Below are positions 1 to 8,376 of a DNA stretch of 64,000 nt, piece after piece. The stretch covers positions 10,612-74,611 of the forward strand of contig JAAYJE010000033.1 in NCBI GenBank assembly GCA_012523095.1, written 5' to 3'. Source of the DNA: Actinomycetota bacterium (GTDB taxonomy: Bacteria; Actinomycetota; Thermoleophilia; RBG-16-64-13). A model generated the notes under the pieces. The model was given only the letters and a program-made list of their open reading frames with translations, searched no databases and was not told the origin of the DNA. The position numbers were made by a program, and so were the translations under genes. Within the stretch, counting starts at the first letter, position 1; the number at the start of each line of letters is the position of its first letter.

Positions 1-498
1 GCCGCCCACGAAGAAGGCGTCATCGACGCCATCGTGCGTCTAGTGGCCGCCTTCCGTGACAAGGACCTACCGGTGCTCTACAGCGTCACCTACACGGCGC
101 CCGACGTGAGATGGCCGGCCTACGGAGGTTTCTGGCAGACATCCCGGCAGATCACTGTGAACCGGATGGGGACCTGGGACGTGGAGGTCATCGAAGAACT
201 GAAGCCGGATCCTGAAGAGCCCATTTTCTGCAACTGGCCTTTCAACCCCTTCGAGGGGACGGGGTTGCACGAGCATATGCAGGAGGACGGCGTGGATACC
301 GTGGTGCTCACCGGTGTCGCCACGGGCATGTCGGTGGGGACGGCCGCCTGGGCATTGGCCGAGCGTTTCTACAACCTCATCATCCCCTCCAACGCGATCA
401 CCGACGCCGACAGTGAAGTCCACCGGGTGGTGCTCGGACAGGTGTTGCCGGCCATCGCGCTCATCACGACCACGGAGGACGTGATCAAGCATTTGTAG
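1..498 (+). CDS. isochorismatase-like (cysteine hydrolase fold) protein, 5' end outside window
   Basis: Frame 1 is open from base 1. The translation (...VDTVVLTGVATGMSVGTAAWALAERFY...) has the isochorismatase-family core and is a paralogue of the 950..1570 product. The position of the nucleophilic Cys reads Ser. Confidence 0.75.
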   Translation, partial: AAHEEGVIDAIVRLVAAFRDKDLPVLYSVTYTAPDVRWPAYGGFWQTSRQITVNRMGTWDVEVIEELKPDPEEPIFCNWPFNPFEGTGLHEHMQEDGVDTVVLTGVATGMSVGTAAWALAERFYNLIIPSNAITDADSEVHRVVLGQVLPAIALITTTEDVIKHL

Positions 499-598
499 CA
501 CGAAGCGTTTTCCTTGGGAGCCTTGTTGTGCTTTGCTGATGTGGACCTCGGGTCCGTCGTATAGTGACACCGGCGGACGCTGACCTGCACGGAGAGAG

Positions 599-920
599 GT
601 GGCTCTCATGACAGAGAAGAGGATCTTCACCGACCTAGAACTCGGGGAGATGGGGGCTCGGACCCTGGATCTTCTTCTGGCAGCCATCGATGCCGGCGAC
701 AAGGACGGGGCGCAGGCGCGGGCCTGGAGGATGCAGAAGGAGTTCCAGTATCTCCACGACGGTCAGCGTTTGCATGAAGCCGCACCGCATCACCTGGGGC
801 ATGGAGGACTTCCCCATCTACTGTGTGCACTGTCCCGTGATGGAGGCTCTAGATGTCTACAAAGATCCCAACGATATCCCAGAGGAGTTCTACACGCGGC
901 GGGGCAAGAAGAAGCCCTAG
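599..920 (+). pseudogene. small conserved-looking CDS apparently interrupted by a +1 frame change near 750-775
   Basis: Frame 2 gives a plausible N-terminus (ALMTEKRIFTDLELGEMGARTLDLLLAAIDAGDKDGAQARAWRMQKEFQYLHDG). Frame 0 then gives a plausible C-terminus (MKPHRITWGMEDFPIYCVHCPVMEALDVYKDPNDIPEEFYTRRGKKKP*) ending at 920. The frame-2 tail beyond about 780 runs antisense into the next gene. Confidence 0.3.
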
Positions 921-949
921 GATGTCTCTCCGGCCGCTTCGTGACGGCG

Positions 950-1570
950 TCAAAGGTGCGCGATGACATCCTCGGCCGAGGTGATGAGCGCGATGGGCGG
1001 CAGCATCCACTCAAGGACTGCCTCGTGCAGCCTGCTGTTTGCGTCGGCGCAGGTATCGAAAGGCACGATCAGGCTGTAGAGCCGGTCGGCTAAGGCGAAG
1101 GAGTTGTGGCCGATGGCCATGCCGGTGGCGACGCCGGTGACCACTACCGTCTCGACGGCCTCCTCGCGCAGGTACCTGTCTAGGTCGTTCGTGAGGAAGA
1201 CGTCGAAGGGCCAATTGTAGAAGACCGGTTCACCGGGAGCGGGCTTCAGTTCGTCGATGATCTCTACGTCTGAGGTGTCCTCGAGGTTGATCCTCATCTC
1301 GGCGGCCGCCGACCAGAAAAGTCCATATTCCGGGACCTTGAACTCAGCCGGATGGCGGGCCGCGACGAAGACCACGGGAAGACCCTTGGCCCGGAAGGCG
1401 TCCTGTAGGGCTCGGATATTGGCTATGATGCCCGCTTCCCGGGCCGCCCTGCAGTGACCCATCCCCTCCAGACTCCCACCGGACATGCACAAGGATCTCT
1501 GCATATGGATGACGAGAAGCGCCGGTTTGCCGACGAGAGACCATTCGTTCACAGGGTCGCCTCCTGCCAT
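950..1570 (-). CDS. isochorismatase-like protein with a substituted catalytic triad
   Basis: 206-aa ORF with the family fold signature (ALLVIHMQ..., VVVTGVATGMAIGHNSFALADR). The canonical Asp/Lys/Cys positions read His/Asn/Ala when aligned to the RutB-like gene at 44457..45164. Confidence 0.8.
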   Translation of the reverse strand: MAGGDPVNEWSLVGKPALLVIHMQRSLCMSGGSLEGMGHCRAAREAGIIANIRALQDAFRAKGLPVVFVAARHPAEFKVPEYGLFWSAAAEMRINLEDTSDVEIIDELKPAPGEPVFYNWPFDVFLTNDLDRYLREEAVETVVVTGVATGMAIGHNSFALADRLYSLIVPFDTCADANSRLHEAVLEWMLPPIALITSAEDVIAHL

Positions 1571-1847
1571 GACGAGGTCAGCAGGACCATGCTTTCACCG
1601 TTCGCCGGAGCTGTCAACGGCCCGAGTCGGCAACGGACCGGCGCCTGGGTTGGACGGTGGGCTCAAGGCCGATTGACTCCCGGGCGGCGTGGTGGTAGGT
1701 TCGACGTTGAATGCGGCAACGGCGTCCGCCGCGCGCTGTTCGAGAAGGGGGGCGAAGCCGTCGGCTCGCATCCTTCGAGAGAGGTGGGTGACCAGAATGG
1801 GAGACCTCAGGCGGGGCATGCCGAAGTTCATGCTGTACGGTCTCACC

Positions 1848-2579
1848 TCACTCCCGACTCCATCCGTCTTGTTCCGTGACATATATGTGAGCGTCGCTCT
1901 GGCCTGTGACCCGACCCACAGAGCCGCGAGGAAACACATCCTCCCCGCGCAACCAGCGCTTCTCCATGTCCTTCTCACGGACTGCCGCAGCCAAGCCCTC
2001 GCGGAGCTCGACGGGCCTTCCCACCAGACCTAAGGCGTCCAAGGAGTCCGTGACCCCCTTCAGCATAGCCGCGGCGCCCAGTTGATGTGCCGTGGAGCGT
2101 GGGACCGGGCGGTCATCGTCGCATGCGGCGCAAAGCGAGGCGTCCCCGGAGACACAGCCCCTGCACGCCAGCGGGCGGGAGCTGTAGACGAGGCAGGTGC
2201 CGTCGTCCAGCAGTGGGCAGGGTCGCAGGCTGCCGGTCAGGGGTGCGGCCAGGCGCGTCTCGAGCTCAGGGTTAGGAGCATGCGCTTCACGCAGCCGATG
2301 GATGATGGTGAATACCTCTATGGGGCTGACCGTCACTCGGAGCGTTCGGCAGCAGTGATCGCAACCAGGAGCGCAGGCCGGCTTTCCATCTCCAGGCAGT
2401 GCGTCGAAAGCCCGCTCAATCATCCGGTCGAGCTCCTTCTGAAGTCGCCGGACCAGGTTATCAAGCCGGCTACCGCTTCTGCCCGGTCCAAGCGCGGCCT
2501 CGGTCAGACGGTAGCCCAGATCCCGCGCAGCTTCCGCATACGGTCTCCATATGGGCGAGAGGTGAGAGGATCTATGCAT
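1848..2579 (-). CDS. YkgJ-family cysteine-cluster (putative Fe-S/Zn) protein
   Basis: 243-aa ORF with a CAPGCDHCC motif followed by CPLL..GTCLVY..RPLACR, as in the UPF0153/YkgJ family. Confidence 0.7.
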   Translation of the reverse strand: MHRSSHLSPIWRPYAEAARDLGYRLTEAALGPGRSGSRLDNLVRRLQKELDRMIERAFDALPGDGKPACAPGCDHCCRTLRVTVSPIEVFTIIHRLREAHAPNPELETRLAAPLTGSLRPCPLLDDGTCLVYSSRPLACRGCVSGDASLCAACDDDRPVPRSTAHQLGAAAMLKGVTDSLDALGLVGRPVELREGLAAAVREKDMEKRWLRGEDVFPRGSVGRVTGQSDAHIYVTEQDGWSRE

Positions 2580-2879
2580 CTCGGCCTTTGGGGGAACGAG
2601 GCCACTCGAGTCTCGTCCTCAATCATCAGCAGGCGCACAACCATACCATCTGTTGGGCGGTGTATAAAGGATGCTCCGTGCATCCCTCCACCACCGCTGC
2701 GGGTCACACCGGTTGGAACGAACGAAGGGGGTGACGCTGCACCATGACGAGCCCGAGCCGAAAGACGATACAAAGAGCCCTCGCGGGAACTGAAGGTCTG
2801 CCACGAGGTGATGCAGAGGCTCGACGTCAAGGGCGGCGCCCGGCCTCCGCAGAAACGCCACCTAGGTTCGGATGACCCC

Positions 2880-3160
2880 AAGCTCACCGAGGAATTGAAG
2901 CACTACCACGATTTCGTCGAGGACGGTCGGGTGTGCATGAGCGTCATAGTCGACCCGGAATTGTTGAAGTGCGTCATGAACGAGATGGTGGAGGAAGCGG
3001 GTGTCAGGCTCTACCTGCACTCCTGGGCCGGGAGAGCGCTTGTCGATGGCGGCCGCGGTGACCCTCGGGGACGGGGTGCAGCCCCGCCGAGTGGACATGA
3101 GGAAGGTCCAGAGGAAGTTGGTAGAGCAGGGAGTATGGTTGCCTAGGGAGTTGCGAGGGT
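2880..3160 (+). pseudogene. remnant of an FAD-dependent oxidoreductase (FAD_oxidored-type)
   Basis: Only a mid-protein piece (VDPELLKCVMNEMVEEAGVRLYLHSWAGRALVDGGR) is present. After a frame change there is a C-terminal-like piece (VDMRKVQRKLVEQGVWL). No dinucleotide-binding N-terminus lies upstream. Confidence 0.4.
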
Positions 3161-3170
3161 AGCGGCTCTT

Positions 3171-3869
3171 CTACTCGATCTGCCCGCGGATCTCTCCTTG
3201 GGGATTTTGAACCGTGCCTACGTTGACGTAGGCCAAGCCACCCTGCAGAAGGACCGCGAAATCGACGATGCTCCTGCCCGTGAGCGACCCGATGAGCACC
3301 GAGGCGTCGAAGTAGCCTTGGGCGATCACTCCGCTGAACGGGCCTTCCACCATAGGACCGGGATATAGGATGAGCAGACCCGACCCGTTGCTGCCGGGCC
3401 TGCCTTCGTGCACACGCGACGCGATCACGTCGGTCATGTTCTCGAGCGTGAGCTTGAAGTAGGCTCGCGTGCCGGTCGCGTCGATGCTGAAGGTCGCCGT
3501 TCCCGTGGCCTGCGTCTCGACCGGGGGAACGACCTGCGTTCCTGTCAGCTCGGCGGTGAAAGTGCCGGCGGGCTCGAAAGGGGCGAGAGTGGTGGTCGTG
3601 GAGCTCGACATAGCGGTGTGAGGCGCACCCGCGGCGTCGGTGGAGCCGACGGTCAAAGCCGTCGAACCCGTGGTCGAGACGACGGCAGCGACCGTGGCGG
3701 TCGAGCTCGTGATTGAGTCGGCAGCAGCGGCGGCGGTCGAACCCGTGGTCGAGTCGACGGCGGATGGCGTCGGTGCGACTGCGTTCGTAGCGGTGGTCGA
3801 CGGTATCGTGCAACCGGCTACAGCCAACGACACGGCGAGGAGAAGGACAAGGGGAAGGGCCGTCTTCAC
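3171..3869 (-). CDS. CHRD domain lipoprotein with a Ser/Thr/Ala-rich linker
   Basis: Signal peptide plus lipobox (LAVAGC). C-terminal CHRD-like motifs (VHEGRPGSNG..., AYVNVGTVQNPQGEIRGQIE). Confidence 0.75.
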   Translation of the reverse strand: MKTALPLVLLLAVSLAVAGCTIPSTTATNAVAPTPSAVDSTTGSTAAAAADSITSSTATVAAVVSTTGSTALTVGSTDAAGAPHTAMSSSTTTTLAPFEPAGTFTAELTGTQVVPPVETQATGTATFSIDATGTRAYFKLTLENMTDVIASRVHEGRPGSNGSGLLILYPGPMVEGPFSGVIAQGYFDASVLIGSLTGRSIVDFAVLLQGGLAYVNVGTVQNPQGEIRGQIE

Positions 3870-3872
3870 GGC

Positions 3873-5273
3873 CTAGTAGTACACGTCCACCGGTGTGCCT
3901 CTGGGCAGCTGGTTGTACAGCTCGACCGCGGTCCACACCGGGACTCGTACACAACCGTGGCTCGCCGGGTAGGGCGGCACGCTCTCATATCCGTGGATGG
4001 CCGTCTTGCTCACTATGTAGGAGGGGTAGTACATCTTGCCGTCCAGAGTCACGCACTTGACCCAGCCTTCGTACTTGGCCTGTATCTGGTAATGACCTGT
4101 GCGAGTACCCAGCTTCCCGGTCGAGACGTGGACGACCTTCCAGACTCGGTCGTCGGTGATCATCATGAGCACCTGCCGGGTGAGGTCCACCTCACAGCGG
4201 GTTCCCTCCAGCGAGCGACGCGGGGCAGGGGTACGGGCTCTGAAGAGACGTTGCCAGACCTCCGGGCCCACGACGCCGTCCCGTTTGAGTCGTTCAACCT
4301 TCTCGAAAGCCATCACGGCATCTTTGGTGCGGGAGTCGTAGACACCGTCCACCGGCCCGCAGGGATAGCAGAGGGCGGTGAGCCTCGCCTCTAGAAACGA
4401 CACCAGGGCCCCCTCAGAACCCTTCGACCGACTTGGGTAGCCTGAGACGGCGGGCAACTCCAGGGGGTAGACATTTCTGGCCTTGACGGGCTGCAAGAAG
4501 GCCCGGTGGAGCATGGCGGCCATCTGTGCTCTGGTCAGATTGAGATCAGGATAGAACCAACCGTCGGTCGGACTATGGATGATCCCCAGGCGGTATGCGT
4601 TGGCCACCGAGACGACATGGTCCGAGGCGATCAGCGCCCGGTCGCGGAAGCCGGCGAGCCAGAGGGAGATTTGGTCTGGCTCGAGCCTGTACTCGAGGAC
4701 GAGCGCGGGGTCGTCCTGGGCGGCGAAGCTCAAGCAACGCATCAGCATGCCGGCCGCCTGTTGACGGGTGATCGGCTCATCGGGAGAGAACAAGAAGTCG
4801 GCGCTGCCCTGGATAAGGCCTCTCTGATAGAGGGCGCCGACCGCGCCCGCGAACACGTCCTGGGTGGTCACGTCTGTGAAGGGCTGCCAGAAAGATTCGG
4901 GTAGTCCCAGCACCCGGGCCAAGAACACGGCCATCTGGGCCCGACTCACCGTTTCGTCGGGGCCGAACGAGCCGTCCACGCGGCCCTTGATGACGTCTCG
5001 CTCGGCCAAAGCGTAGACGGCTTCGGCGAACCATTCATCACCCTGCATGTCGGTGAAGGTAGGACTCGGCGGTGCGACCGGGGCAGACCTCACGGGGGAG
5101 ACGGGCACCGCCGGAACAGAGGTGGCGGGGGAGGCGGGCGCCGTCGACTGCGCCAGAGCCGTAGCAGGCCGGCAGTCCAGGGCGACAAGTGCCGGAACAG
5201 AGAGGGCAAGAGCGGAGAGGGCGGCAAACGTCACCAGGGTACGAATGGGTCTCCACCCGAGCTCGTGGTGCAT
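3873..5273 (-). CDS. SLH-domain cell-wall protein with a peptidoglycan-binding domain and an L,D-transpeptidase (YkuD) catalytic domain
   Basis: N-terminal signal peptide, repeated SLH-like segments (F.D....WFA.AV..L....I..G), PG_binding_1-like DGVYDSRTKDAVMAFEK, and a C-terminal HGCVRVP catalytic motif. Confidence 0.85.
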   Translation of the reverse strand: MHHELGWRPIRTLVTFAALSALALSVPALVALDCRPATALAQSTAPASPATSVPAVPVSPVRSAPVAPPSPTFTDMQGDEWFAEAVYALAERDVIKGRVDGSFGPDETVSRAQMAVFLARVLGLPESFWQPFTDVTTQDVFAGAVGALYQRGLIQGSADFLFSPDEPITRQQAAGMLMRCLSFAAQDDPALVLEYRLEPDQISLWLAGFRDRALIASDHVVSVANAYRLGIIHSPTDGWFYPDLNLTRAQMAAMLHRAFLQPVKARNVYPLELPAVSGYPSRSKGSEGALVSFLEARLTALCYPCGPVDGVYDSRTKDAVMAFEKVERLKRDGVVGPEVWQRLFRARTPAPRRSLEGTRCEVDLTRQVLMMITDDRVWKVVHVSTGKLGTRTGHYQIQAKYEGWVKCVTLDGKMYYPSYIVSKTAIHGYESVPPYPASHGCVRVPVWTAVELYNQLPRGTPVDVYY

Positions 5274-5392
5274 TGTCTACCCCCGCGCGGCTACATGTCA
5301 GGACTCGTACTCATTTCTCCGGCGATCGTCCCGGACCTTCCGGGCTCCACGGATCTATAAGGCCTGGGTGCCGCGCGCCTCGAGCTACCGAG

Positions 5393-5827
5393 CTAGAAGG
5401 CCCCCAACTGGCAGTGCTTCACTCTGATGCCCAGAGCTTCGCAGGCACACGAGACCGTAAGCTTCTCGCTCCCGAGTTCTTCCGCGATCTTCCAACAGGA
5501 GGCGCAGGGGATCTGCCCGTTGGTCGCGTATCGCCCCAACCGGTCGCGAAGGTCTTCGGAGATGTCCTCAGCCGGCCTGACGGTCCTCTTCTCGGGCTCG
5601 TGACCGAAAAGGCCCATCTGGCACTTGATGATGCGGTATTCCAACAGATCGGCGGCTTTGCCCACCTCGGAGGGCGCGATCTTGGAGACCGCCGCTATCT
5701 CGTGAGCGGCGGCGCAGGCTACGCGCTCGTTCTCAGCCACTTTCTCAAGGGCGGCGGCGATGGCAGGGTCGCAGACCGTTCCGGCGGGATGTTTGGCACC
5801 GTAGTGTCCAGCGTCTTCATGCGTCAT
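5393..5827 (-). CDS. hypothetical protein with an internal tandem duplication ending in C-Q-(M/L)-G-x-F
   Basis: 144-aa ORF. Its start overlaps the stop of the upstream NTPase gene (ATGA). It contains two ~40-aa repeats (ACAAAHEIA...IIKCQMGLF and CASCWKIAEE...VKHCQLGAF). Confidence 0.6.
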   Translation of the reverse strand: MTHEDAGHYGAKHPAGTVCDPAIAAALEKVAENERVACAAAHEIAAVSKIAPSEVGKAADLLEYRIIKCQMGLFGHEPEKRTVRPAEDISEDLRDRLGRYATNGQIPCASCWKIAEELGSEKLTVSCACEALGIRVKHCQLGAF

Positions 5828-6492
5828 GGGTTCTCCTCCTGTAACGGCCCGTCAAAGGGCTCTGGCTCCAGTATCTCATGGGCCGTGGCCCTTGCCCCGA
5901 CCAGGGGCATCATCGTCATAATGGCGGTTGGTAGAGCATCCCGCCCCTCAATGGTGACCTCGAAGAGGGAGATGGGGACCGGGCCCAGTTGCTTCTTCAG
6001 TTCCTCAAGGAGCTTGGGCCGACAGACTACCAAGGCGACGCTGTAATCACGGCAGCGCAGCACTTCGAGCGCCGACGCCCAACCGCGGCCGCCCAGCAAC
6101 TCCAAGGGCCCGAGTTCATCGACCACCAGGAGGTCGCAGGGGGTCGCTTGGGAGAGGGTTGCATCTGCCCAGGCAAAGGCTTCCGCGTTGAAATCCCAGC
6201 CTGGGGTGAGCGGATCGGTGGTGACCATCCCGCGGGTCTCGGCAGGCGGAACAGCGCGCCTCCCTCTCCTCGCACATTCCCCGTACTCAGAACCCAACGG
6301 CCGGCTCTCTCCGGATCGCAGGTCCACGACCCGGCGCGAGGCGCTCCACTCGCCGTCATCGATCCGCTCGGTCAGGAGGCCGGCCACAACGAAGTCGTTC
6401 TTGGCTACCGTCCGGGCCACCCGGGCGCAGACCGTGCTCTTACCCGAGCCTTTCTCGCCCGTGACCACGTAGATCAGACCCTCAGGCGGCAC
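5824..6492 (-). CDS. P-loop NTPase (THEP1/DUF2478-like)
   Basis: Walker A VTGEKGSGKST near the N-terminus and Walker B LLVVDELG. Confidence 0.7.
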   Translation of the reverse strand: MPPEGLIYVVTGEKGSGKSTVCARVARTVAKNDFVVAGLLTERIDDGEWSASRRVVDLRSGESRPLGSEYGECARRGRRAVPPAETRGMVTTDPLTPGWDFNAEAFAWADATLSQATPCDLLVVDELGPLELLGGRGWASALEVLRCRDYSVALVVCRPKLLEELKKQLGPVPISLFEVTIEGRDALPTAIMTMMPLVGARATAHEILEPEPFDGPLQEENP

Positions 6493-6505
6493 ACCCGCCC
6501 CCGCT

Positions 6506-7027
6506 CTATTTGAACTCTAGGGAGACGACGTCCTTGACCCAGGCTTTGCTCTCGAGGCCGGGGATCACGACACTCAGCCTGCCGTCGTCACCGATGGCGA
6601 GGATGGCGTCGGCACTCCCCTTGATGTCGCTAATGGGCACCTCTCCCATGTAGGCGTCGGCGGCGGTCATGACGAGGGTCGTCGCTTCGCTTTGGACCCC
6701 GAGAGTAGTGAAGAGCTCGCTTAGGAGCACGCCCCGGTAATCGGTCATCCCCAGTTTAGGATGGTCCACGGTGATCTCGGCCACCGTCATCGTCTCAAGC
6801 AGTGCGGCCGTGAGTGTGGTGGGATTGTCGACCATGCCCTTAACGGCGGCGTTGCCGCTGGTTCCCACCGAGGAAGAGGCAGGATCCGTAGCCATAGTGG
6901 TGGTCGTCTCGGAAGCGACGGCCGTAGCAGACGTCTCAGATTCGCCGCAGGCTGCGACGAACAACAGCGCGCCGGTCAACAGGAGCGCTGCGATCAGCGC
7001 GAGACGGCGAGAGTAGCGGGTGGTCAT
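6506..7027 (-). CDS. lipoprotein with a molybdopterin-oxidoreductase-like (YedY-fold-like) substrate domain
   Basis: Lipobox FVAAC, a Thr/Ser linker, then YRGVLLSELF...TLVMTAADAYMGEVPISDI...SVVIPGLESKAWVKDVVSLEF, which resembles the short oxidoreductase molybdopterin-binding-like domain proteins found next to ABC importers. Confidence 0.5.
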   Translation of the reverse strand: MTTRYSRRLALIAALLLTGALLFVAACGESETSATAVASETTTTMATDPASSSVGTSGNAAVKGMVDNPTTLTAALLETMTVAEITVDHPKLGMTDYRGVLLSELFTTLGVQSEATTLVMTAADAYMGEVPISDIKGSADAILAIGDDGRLSVVIPGLESKAWVKDVVSLEFK

Positions 7028-7054
7028 TAGCGGACCCTCCTCGTTTCTTTGACT

Positions 7055-8221
7055 CTAGTTGGTTGGAACAGCATGCTTCATGAGTTCCTGCATCTGTTTG
7101 TCGCTCAGGTCGAAGTGATAGAAGAGCTCGTAGAACTCTTTGACCTTGGCCTGTATGTCGAAATCGTATAATTCTGGGTAGAGTAGGTTGCCCACCCAAG
7201 GGATGCCGAGGATGCGTCCGATGGAGTAGGGGCGGTCGACCCAGTCGAAGGGACCGTGCGGGATCTCATACACCCGGTCGTCCTTCACGGCTTGGATGGT
7301 CGCCCAGTCTGCACCGGTGGTGATCTGCTCGTGGACGTTGGTTTCTCCGGCGGGGTCGCTGGCCACGAAGATCACCTGTGGATTCCACGCGATCACCTGT
7401 TCCAGCGACACCGGCGACATCCCATAACCCTGTTGAAGCTCCACGTTGGCGACGTTCCTCGCGCCCACCAGGCTGAAAACCTCTGTATGGTTGGAGCCCT
7501 CGGGGTCGGTGTGCAACCCCTTGCCTCCCTCGGCGTAGTAGACACTTATCCGGTCGGCCTCTGTCAGCTCGGCCGTGTTATCGCGAGCCTGACGGAGGAC
7601 CTCGTCGGAATAGACGGCCAGCTCCTCTGCCTGTTCTTGCTCGCCGAGTATCTGTCCGATGAACCTGTATGCGTCGCCTGTCTTGGCAAGGGTGGAGTCG
7701 ACGACGACCACAGGCACACCCAGCAGGCCTTGGATGCGCTCGGCATCGGACACGGTCGCTTCGTCCACGTCGCCCAAGCTGATGACTACATCGGGAGCCA
7801 GCTTGATGATCTCCTCCACGTTGCCGGTGGTGTTCTTACCGAACCACCCTCCAAGGCCGACCATGGTGCGATGCTCGGCCGGTATGTACTCTTGCTCCTG
7901 CTCCGTGGGCGTGATGTTCCAGCCGATCAGAAGCTCAGGGGCCAGGGTGTAGATCAGATTGGTGGCGGTCGGACCGGACCCGAAAACCCGTCCGACGCGT
8001 GCGGGGACCGTCACCTGCCGGCCGGCATGGTCGGTGATGGTGACCGCCTCCTCGCCGCCCGACGTGGAGGTGGTATCGACGGGATCCTGCTTGGCGCCGC
8101 AGGCTACCGCCGACAGCGACAACAGGGCTGATACTAAGATAAGGACCAAGAAGACCGCCGTCGACCGGGCCGCAGACTGCGTTACGGACTGTACTCCGGA
8201 CTGTAGTGTGGACTGTACCAC
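7055..8221 (-). CDS. ABC transporter periplasmic/lipoprotein substrate-binding protein, FecB/BtuF (type 8 PBP) family
   Basis: GTG at 8221 precedes a signal peptide with lipobox (LSAVAC). The body matches iron-siderophore/cobalamin binding proteins (RVFGSGPTATNLIYTLAPELLIGW..., PDVVISLG, WNPQVIFV). The longer 498-aa ORF overlaps the ATPase gene and was trimmed. Confidence 0.8.
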   Translation of the reverse strand: MVQSTLQSGVQSVTQSAARSTAVFLVLILVSALLSLSAVACGAKQDPVDTTSTSGGEEAVTITDHAGRQVTVPARVGRVFGSGPTATNLIYTLAPELLIGWNITPTEQEQEYIPAEHRTMVGLGGWFGKNTTGNVEEIIKLAPDVVISLGDVDEATVSDAERIQGLLGVPVVVVDSTLAKTGDAYRFIGQILGEQEQAEELAVYSDEVLRQARDNTAELTEADRISVYYAEGGKGLHTDPEGSNHTEVFSLVGARNVANVELQQGYGMSPVSLEQVIAWNPQVIFVASDPAGETNVHEQITTGADWATIQAVKDDRVYEIPHGPFDWVDRPYSIGRILGIPWVGNLLYPELYDFDIQAKVKEFYELFYHFDLSDKQMQELMKHAVPTN

Positions 8222-8376
8222 CGAAGAGGTGCGAGGCCCTCGTGACCGATGCGCCTGGATTGTGCATCCGTTCTTCTTCGCTGCCACTGCTGCTCTCCTA
8301 TCGTGCCGCGTAATCCGGCACAGAGTATAACGCTTCTGTAGCTCGTGAGACAAGTCCCCAGCGTGCACGTCGGCCC

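Noticed and set aside
3004-3954. 316-aa Arg/His-rich ORF on the minus strand
   Set aside because: It overlaps the CHRD lipoprotein gene in another frame. Its extreme Arg/Gly/Pro composition is typical of out-of-frame reading of high-GC coding DNA, and it has no recognisable motifs.
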